Below are positions 61,856-64,000 of a stretch of 64,000 nucleotides of DNA, piece after piece (position 1 is the first letter of the stretch; each line of letters begins with the position of its first letter). Source of the DNA: Arcobacteraceae bacterium. GTDB lineage: Bacteria; Campylobacterota; Campylobacteria; Campylobacterales; Arcobacteraceae. The position numbers and the translations under genes are program-made. Under the pieces are notes generated by a model. It was not told the DNA's origin, ran no database searches, and saw nothing but the letters and a program-made list of their open reading frames with translations. The DNA lies in contig CBDCZH010000015.1 in assembly GCA_965224485.1 (NCBI GenBank), positions 96,001-160,000 of the forward strand, written 5' to 3'.

Positions 61856-63999
61856 CATTCAGAATCATCATTATTATTAGATACAACAACCGAAGCTGCT
61901 GTAGGTATTGTAGCTTTGTTTTTACTTGAAAAACTAGGAGTTCTATGTTTATCTTTTGAAATATTTTGAGAAGCTGGTTTTGTAGGTTTTTCGCTTGCTA
62001 AAGAAGAAGCTATAGTATCAGAAACTTTATACTCTTTACAATAATCAACTTTCACTATATCTAAGGCAGTAAATACAGCTCGTGTAGCAATATCAACTTC
62101 TTGTGAGTGGGAATCAAGAGTAAAGTTATCAGCACCATTTGCATTATCATTTATATAATCTTGTACAAAACCATGTACTTTTTCATGAGATGATTTTAAC
62201 TCTTTCCAATTTTGTGTTTTTGTAAAAGTGCTTTCTTTTCTCTCTTGCTCACTAATCCACTTACCTAAATCACAATCTTTACAAGTAACAACTCTCCAAG
62301 CTTTAGCATTAAGTTCTCCTACTTTAGCAAAGTTAACATCTTTAAATCTAACATGATCATTTTTAAGTTTATTGATTTTAAATACTAAATCAACATCACA
62401 AGTTTCATCTTTTTTACTTTTATTAAACTTAGCAATATCAGCAATTGATAACAAGTTTTCAGATAAAGCAGATACTTCATTTGCTAACTCATTAATTTGT
62501 GTAGCAGAAGATGCGTTTATTTGTGTAGCTTGATCAAGTTCATTAATAGCAGAATTTATTTGAACAATTCCACTTTCTTGTTCTTTAGAAGCTTCTGTTA
62601 CATCTTCAATCAAATTAATAGTTTCAGAAACTTTTGAATTGAGATCACCATAACCACCAATCATCTCATTTGCTATTTTTTTACCTTCATTTGCTTTTGA
62701 AGTTGCTTTTTCAACTAATTCTTTAATTTCTTTTGCAGCTTCAGCTGATCTAGAGGCAAGATTTCTTACTTCTTGGGCAACTACAGCAAAACCTTTTCCA
62801 GCTTCACCAGCTGTTGCTGCTTCAACAGCTGCATTAAGTGAAAGAATATTTGTTTGGAAAGCAATTTGATCAATTACGGTAATTGCATCATTAATTGATG
62901 AAACTTGTGTATCTATTTCTTCCATAGCTTTAGTTGTTTTAGAAGCAAGAGCTTCTCCATCTTTAGCAGAAGTATTTAAATCATTTGCTAAAATTGACAT
63001 TCTATTTATTTTTTCACCAGATGATTTGATAATAGCTGTTATTTCTTCAACTGAAGCTGCTGTTTCTTCTAGAGAAGCTGCTTGAGAATTTGCAGAAGTT
63101 GATAATTTGTTTGATGAACTTTGTAAAACTTTTGTATCACGATCAAGTTTCTCACCAGAACTAGTTATCATTGCTAAAAACTCTGAAACAGTACTACCAA
63201 TTAAATCAGCAGAAGTTTCCAAAGAACCTATTAAACCATTTGAAGCTTTATGTGTTTTACTATCACTACACTGATAAGCAAAGTTAGCCTTACCGTATTC
63301 ACTTAAAGCAGTATTTATCTCTTCTAGTTTAAGATTTGTTCTGATTATCATCTCGTTAATTGACGTTTTAAGTTTTTGAATACTTGGATTATCAGAATTT
63401 GAATGAACAGAATAAACATAAAAACCAGAATTTACTTTTTGAATTACAGTTTCTACTTCTTGTATTACTACAGCATCTTCTGCTGCATCAGATTCTAGTT
63501 TCATAAAATACTTATTTAAACTATTCATTACAATACCAATTTCATCATTTCTTGAAACTCGTATAGTTCTTCTTCTATTCTTATTTCCAGAACTTAAATA
63601 AGTAATAGAATCATTTAATGAGTTTAAAGGAGTAATAATTACAAATTTAACTAAATAAATACTAATTAAGTAAATAACAAAAACAGCAATTAGTGTTGAG
63701 ATTATAATCGTAAGCATAATTTCATCAATCTCTTTTTGTGTTGCTTCTTGCATTTTTATAATATCAGCTTCAATATCATCAACATAAGCACCAGTTCCTA
63801 TAACCCAATCCCAAGGAGCAAATTTCTTAACATATGAAAATTTTTGTTGTGGTTCATCAAAACCAGGTTTAGCCCACATATATTTAACTAAACCACCTTC
63901 TTTACTTGCATTTGCAGTACTTGCCATTTCAGTAAATAAAAACTTTCCTACCTTATCTTTTACTTTTGACAAATCTTTACCGTCTAAGCTTGGTTTAAT
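61843..63999 (-). CDS. Methyl-accepting chemotaxis protein: Cache-TM-HAMP-MCP-CZB plus pentapeptide (5'-truncated)
   Basis: Frame is open to the window end; Cache (Y.W.KPG...[15 protein letters not shown]), TM, HAMP (DEIG), [34 protein letters not shown] (H..FK, CDLGKW, HEKVH), C-terminal EWESF. Confidence 0.95.
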   Translation of the reverse strand: MKPSLDGKDLSKVKDKVGKFLFTEMASTANASKEGGLVKYMWAKPGFDEPQQKFSYVKKFAPWDWVIGTGAYVDDIEADIIKMQEATQKEIDEIMLTIIISTLIAVFVIYLISIYLVKFVIITPLNSLNDSITYLSSGNKNRRRTIRVSRNDEIGIVMNSLNKYFMKLESDAAEDAVVIQEVETVIQKVNSGFYVYSVHSNSDNPSIQKLKTSINEMIIRTNLKLEEINTALSEYGKANFAYQCSDSKTHKASNGLIGSLETSADLIGSTVSEFLAMITSSGEKLDRDTKVLQSSSNKLSTSANSQAASLEETAASVEEITAIIKSSGEKINRMSILANDLNTSAKDGEALASKTTKAMEEIDTQVSSINDAITVIDQIAFQTNILSLNAAVEAATAGEAGKGFAVVAQEVRNLASRSAEAAKEIKELVEKATSKANEGKKIANEMIGGYGDLNSKVSETINLIEDVTEASKEQESGIVQINSAINELDQATQINASSATQINELANEVSALSENLLSIADIAKFNKSKKDETCDVDLVFKINKLKNDHVRFKDVNFAKVGELNAKAWRVVTCKDCDLGKWISEQERKESTFTKTQNWKELKSSHEKVHGFVQDYINDNANGADNFTLDSHSQEVDIATRAVFTALDIVKVDYCKEYKVSDTIASSLASEKPTKPASQNISKDKHRTPSFSSKNKATIPTAASVVVSNNNDDSEWESF

Positions 64000-64000
64000 T

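Noticed and set aside
1..64000. CRISPR arrays, IS/transposases, integrases, prophage, defence systems, tRNA/rRNA
   Set aside because: All intergenic gaps are under ~250 nt and AT-rich; I saw no repeat-spacer pattern, structured GC-rich RNA or mobile-element protein motifs by eye. An Infernal/tRNAscan run would confirm.

Overview
Very AT-rich, densely coding chromosomal window from a Campylobacterota bacterium, most likely Arcobacteraceae (judged from gene content, gene order and protein sequences). Left (1-17.6 kb): 5'-truncated feoB, a Fur-family regulator with upstream Fur-box-like sites, ate, trpA, panB-ruvB-AI-2E transporter, a cytochrome c lipoprotein, clpS-clpA, bioD, and a BatD/HlyD/molybdopterin oxidoreductase/MFS/small-protein run translationally coupled to flhA. 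Centre (17.6-51.6 kb): a ~34 kb flagellar/chemotaxis cluster (export apparatus, rod, two flgE, MS/C rings, stator, flhFG, cheY, CheZ-like, PflA- and PflB-like TPR proteins, several unknown genes). Right: rimM-khpA-rpsP-ffh, a pseudouridine synthase, waaA, a zinc-ribbon protein, Nif3, glyQ, purE, a GT9-like protein, a U32 protein and a 5'-truncated Cache/CZB chemoreceptor. I found no RNA genes, CRISPR arrays or mobile elements. The most interesting signal is an apparently remodelled Campylobacterota flagellar motor: a stator with PomA/PomB (Na+)-type signatures, a PflA lacking its N-terminal domain, a PflB with a signal peptide instead of a cytoplasmic domain plus anchor, and a separate acidic-TM-coiled-coil-SPOR protein, with only sigma70-like promoter motifs visible. 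Homologue comparisons are from recalled sequences, not from searches.
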